From positions 17,450-81,449 of the forward strand of contig JBBILR010000008.1 in assembly GCA_037444825.1 (NCBI GenBank): 64,000 bases of DNA. Direction: 5' to 3'. Shown piece by piece: positions 61,650 to 64,000 of this stretch; within the stretch, counting starts at the first letter, position 1; each line of letters begins with the position of its first letter. This stretch comes from Acidobacteriota bacterium (GTDB taxonomy: Bacteria > Acidobacteriota > UBA4820 > DSQY01). A program made the position numbers and the translations under genes. The notes under the pieces were generated by a model. The model searched no databases. It had not been told where the DNA came from and worked only from the letters and a program-made list of their open reading frames with translations.

Positions 61650-62765
61650 ATGTCCACGTTTCGACGGATGGCTTTACCTATCGGGCTCTTCTCCCTGGCG
61701 CTTTCCACCCTGGTCTGGGCCGGGAATTTCGGGGGCGCCTTCCCCGCCGCGCCTTCAGAGGCGGCCACCTTCGCGGGGCCCAAACCCCCCGACTCCGCCC
61801 CCCGCCAGGCGAACGGCGCGGTGGGCCTCCTGGCCGGCGGCCCCATCCATGTCCTCCTGGCCATGGCCGACGACGGCGGCGGCGAGCCGCTCCGCAACCA
61901 GCTCCTCTCCTACCCGGACGTGGGCGTGGTGGACGTCTTCGACACGCGGACCGGCACGCCCCTCCTCGCGGACCTCACGCCCTACCACGTGGTGATCGTG
62001 TGGACCAACTACCTTCCCGCCGACGCGGCCGGCCTCGGGAACGTCCTCGCCGACTACGTGGACGCCGGGGGGAGGGTGATCCTCGCCGTCTTCTCCTGCG
62101 ACTCCTACTGGGGAATCTCCGGACGGCTCATGGCCGACGGCTACTCCCCCTTCCTGCCGGGGGACACCGGCTACTCCACCCACACCCTGGGGACCTTCGA
62201 CGCCTTGCACCCCATCATGGCCGGCGTCACGGTGGCGAGCGACTTTTACTTCACCTACACCTCGTTGGACCCGGGGGCGGCGTGGGTGGCCAGCTGGAGC
62301 GACGGACAGCCCTTCGTGGCCACCAAGGGGTGCGTGGTGGGGATCAACTCCTACCCGGGGACTTACTACGCGTACAGCGGCGACGTCCCCCTCGTCTTCC
62401 ACAACGCGGTCTCGTTCCTCTACTCCTCCCCCACCTGCACCCCCTTCGCGCCCGACCTGACCTTCCTCGACGACCTGGGCCGCTCGGAGCTGTGCATCCA
62501 GCGCTCCAACGGGAAGTACCAGTGGACGAACCGGGACGGCAGCGTGTACACGGGCACGGGGGTGGTGGCCAACGGGGGGACGGCCTTCTGGACGAACCCC
62601 GAGGACCCGACGTACATCCTCGCCACCTACGACGTGCGGCGTAAGCGCGCGCGGGCCTACTTCACGAACAGCGAGGACGGAAGCTACAACTCCCTCTCGG
62701 ACCGGAACACCACCAACGATCCGCCCTGCGGGAGCCTCGTCGTGGAGACCGCGCGGCAGCGCTAG
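61650..62765 (+). CDS. Secreted hypothetical protein (signal peptide, conserved Cys pairs). Its function is unknown.
   Basis: The signal peptide is MALPIGLFSLALSTLVWA. The Cys residues lie at CDSYWG, KGCVVG, CTPF, CIQRS and PPCGS. The RBS reads AAGGAGGG. An AT-rich promoter-like stretch lies at 61568-61600. Confidence 0.5.
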   Translation: MSTFRRMALPIGLFSLALSTLVWAGNFGGAFPAAPSEAATFAGPKPPDSAPRQANGAVGLLAGGPIHVLLAMADDGGGEPLRNQLLSYPDVGVVDVFDTRTGTPLLADLTPYHVVIVWTNYLPADAAGLGNVLADYVDAGGRVILAVFSCDSYWGISGRLMADGYSPFLPGDTGYSTHTLGTFDALHPIMAGVTVASDFYFTYTSLDPGAAWVASWSDGQPFVATKGCVVGINSYPGTYYAYSGDVPLVFHNAVSFLYSSPTCTPFAPDLTFLDDLGRSELCIQRSNGKYQWTNRDGSVYTGTGVVANGGTAFWTNPEDPTYILATYDVRRKRARAYFTNSEDGSYNSLSDRNTTNDPPCGSLVVETARQR

Positions 62766-62842
62766 ATTGGGCCTTCCACGGAGGGACGGCGCGGGGCTTC
62801 GGCCCCGCGCTTTTCTTGCTCCCCGGCCTTCTTCTTACGGGT

Positions 62843-64000
62843 TCAGCGGGTCCGTCCGGCCCCCGCCCCGGCCGGAGGCCCCTCCGCCAGAAGGAGGGCG
62901 GCGCCCAGGGCGATGCGGGCGGAGGCCTCGACGGTGCGGGGGGTGACGAAGAAGGGGGTGTCCTCGGGGGTGTGGTAGCCCACGTGCTTGCCCCCCATGC
63001 CGAAGAGCGATACGGCGGGGATCCCGGCCTTCTGGAAGGGGCCGTGGTCGGCCCGGGCCTCGCCCTGGGAAAGGCCGGCCTTCAGGGCGAAGGCCCCTTC
63101 CCACCGGTCCCGCGCCGCCTCCAGGGCGGAGAAGATCTCGGGGAAGTTCTTTCCGCCGGCGACGTAAACCCCGTTGCCGGCCCCCACCATGTCCAGGTTG
63201 AGGACGGCCACGGGCTTTCCGAGGCTCGGGGGGAAGTTCTGCGCGAGGTGCTTGGAGCCCAGGAGCCCCATCTCCTCCCCGCCGAACCAGACGAAAACCA
63301 GCGTGCGGGCGGGAGGGTTTTTCCGGAGAAGCGCCGCGGCCCGGGCCGCCTCCAGGAGGGCGGCGGAACCGGAGGCGTTGTCGTCGGCGCCGGGAAGGAG
63401 GGAGGGCCAGTCGCCGCAGTGGTCGAGGTGGGCCGAGAGCACCACGCACTCCTTTCGAAGCGACTGGTCCCGGCCCGGCAGGACGGCCAGAACGTTGTGC
63501 CCCGTGATGGGAAAGGGCCCTTGGGCCTCCACCTCGAAGCGGAGCGACCGCCCCGTGGGAAAGGAGGCCGTCCCCCCCGCCTCCAGGACCTTGCGGAGGC
63601 CTTCGGCCTTGAGCCCCTTTCCGGCCAACAGCTCGTCGAGGAGGTCCAGGGAGATCTCCCCGACGGGAGTCCCTTCCAGGGGCGGGCCGTTGGGGCTGGC
63701 CACCGCCCGGTCGGCCAGGAGGCAGGCGGCGGCCCCGTGGGCGCGGGCGTCGGCGAAGCGGGCGTGGGAGTCGTTGTGGGCGGACCAGTCCCGCCCGTCC
63801 TGGGGCTCCCCCCGGAGCACCACGACGACCTTGCCCTTCACGTCGAGGCCGGCGTAGTCGTCCCGGCCCAGCTCCGGCGCGGAGATGCCGAAGCCGGCGA
63901 AGACCGCCTCCCCCTCCGCCCGGCCCGCGGCGGAGGTCAAGATGGGCATGTAGTCCTTGAACCGCTCCAGCGTTCGGCCCTCCTTCCCGTCGGGGGCGGG
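62843..64000 (-). CDS. M28-family aminopeptidase-like with an N-terminal PA domain. The ATG at 63947-63949 gives a 368-aa product; the sequence continuing to the window end (64000) is in a different frame from this ORF, so any N-terminal extension outside the window is not supported.
   Basis: M28 metal ligands are present (SAHLDH, GADDNASG, FVWFGGEEMGLLGS, HTPEDT). A PA-domain-like segment lies near the N-terminus (GLDVKGKVVVV). The frame-1 read to position 64000 cannot be the same protein; the reverse-complement-frame translation from the track does not continue into it. Confidence 0.7.
   Translation of the reverse strand, partial: PAPDGKEGRTLERFKDYMPILTSAAGRAEGEAVFAGFGISAPELGRDDYAGLDVKGKVVVVLRGEPQDGRDWSAHNDSHARFADARAHGAAACLLADRAVASPNGPPLEGTPVGEISLDLLDELLAGKGLKAEGLRKVLEAGGTASFPTGRSLRFEVEAQGPFPITGHNVLAVLPGRDQSLRKECVVLSAHLDHCGDWPSLLPGADDNASGSAALLEAARAAALLRKNPPARTLVFVWFGGEEMGLLGSKHLAQNFPPSLGKPVAVLNLDMVGAGNGVYVAGGKNFPEIFSALEAARDRWEGAFALKAGLSQGEARADHGPFQKAGIPAVSLFGMGGKHVGYHTPEDTPFFVTPRTVEASARIALGAALLLAEGPPAGAGAGRTR

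Noticed and set aside
1-64000. A search for tRNA, rRNA, CRISPR repeats, IS elements, integrases and phage genes
   Set aside because: No intergenic segment is long enough or has tRNA-like conserved T-loop or anticodon-arm features. There are no repeat-spacer arrays, no transposase, integrase or recombinase-like ORFs, and no terminal inverted repeats. GC content is uniformly high and gives no sign of a horizontally acquired island.

Overview
This is a high-GC (about 70%) bacterial chromosomal segment with dense, mostly operonic coding and no rRNA, tRNA, CRISPR or obvious mobile elements. The window contains 53 protein-coding genes (54 of the 65 features below are CDS entries; the 62843..64000 entry sits in a different frame from the ORF read across the window edge and may be unrelated). 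The core is a complete, tightly coupled division/cell-wall (dcw) cluster on the minus strand from about 15.7 to 32.4 kb, reading mraZ-rsmH-ftsL-ftsI-murE-murF-mraY-murD-ftsW-murG-murC-murB-ftsQ-ftsA-ftsZ. A 10-bp-periodic GTGGACC repeat array, a probable MraZ operator, lies upstream of mraZ. Diverging from that cluster is a six-gene, translationally coupled phospholipid operon: a CDP-alcohol phosphatidyltransferase, cdsA and plsC, followed by two 2-hydroxyacyl-CoA-dehydratase-family (HGD-D) subunits and a BadF/BcrA/HgdC-type ATPase activase. I read this as a split PlsA/PlsR-like anaerobic plasmalogen synthase. It is the best candidate for an under-described system in the window. Other notable items are listed here. 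(1) A pseudokinase–TM–coiled-coil–TonB-C fusion protein, bracketed by secreted C1 and transglutaminase-like cysteine-peptidase-fold proteins. (2) A c-di-GMP theme: a membrane PAS-GAF-PAS-GAF HD-GYP phosphodiesterase, a stand-alone MshEN-domain protein, and an operon encoding a CoA-binding protein, a secreted beta-repeat protein and a MshEN-domain type II secretion ATPase homologue whose Walker A motif is degenerate. (3) Several secreted peptidases (PepF/M3, a double-domain M16, an M28 with PA domain, and a C1 peptidase). (4) Two two-component systems, one sigma-54 dependent. (5) acpP-fabF, etfBA, a carboxyltransferase plus enoyl-CoA hydratase pair, typA, ispH and HU. The six-frame track lists many very long antisense ORFs that are artefacts of high GC content; true starts were reassigned from RBS and overlap logic. 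All functional calls rest on motif recognition by eye and not on database searches. Coordinates of small motifs may be off by a few nucleotides.
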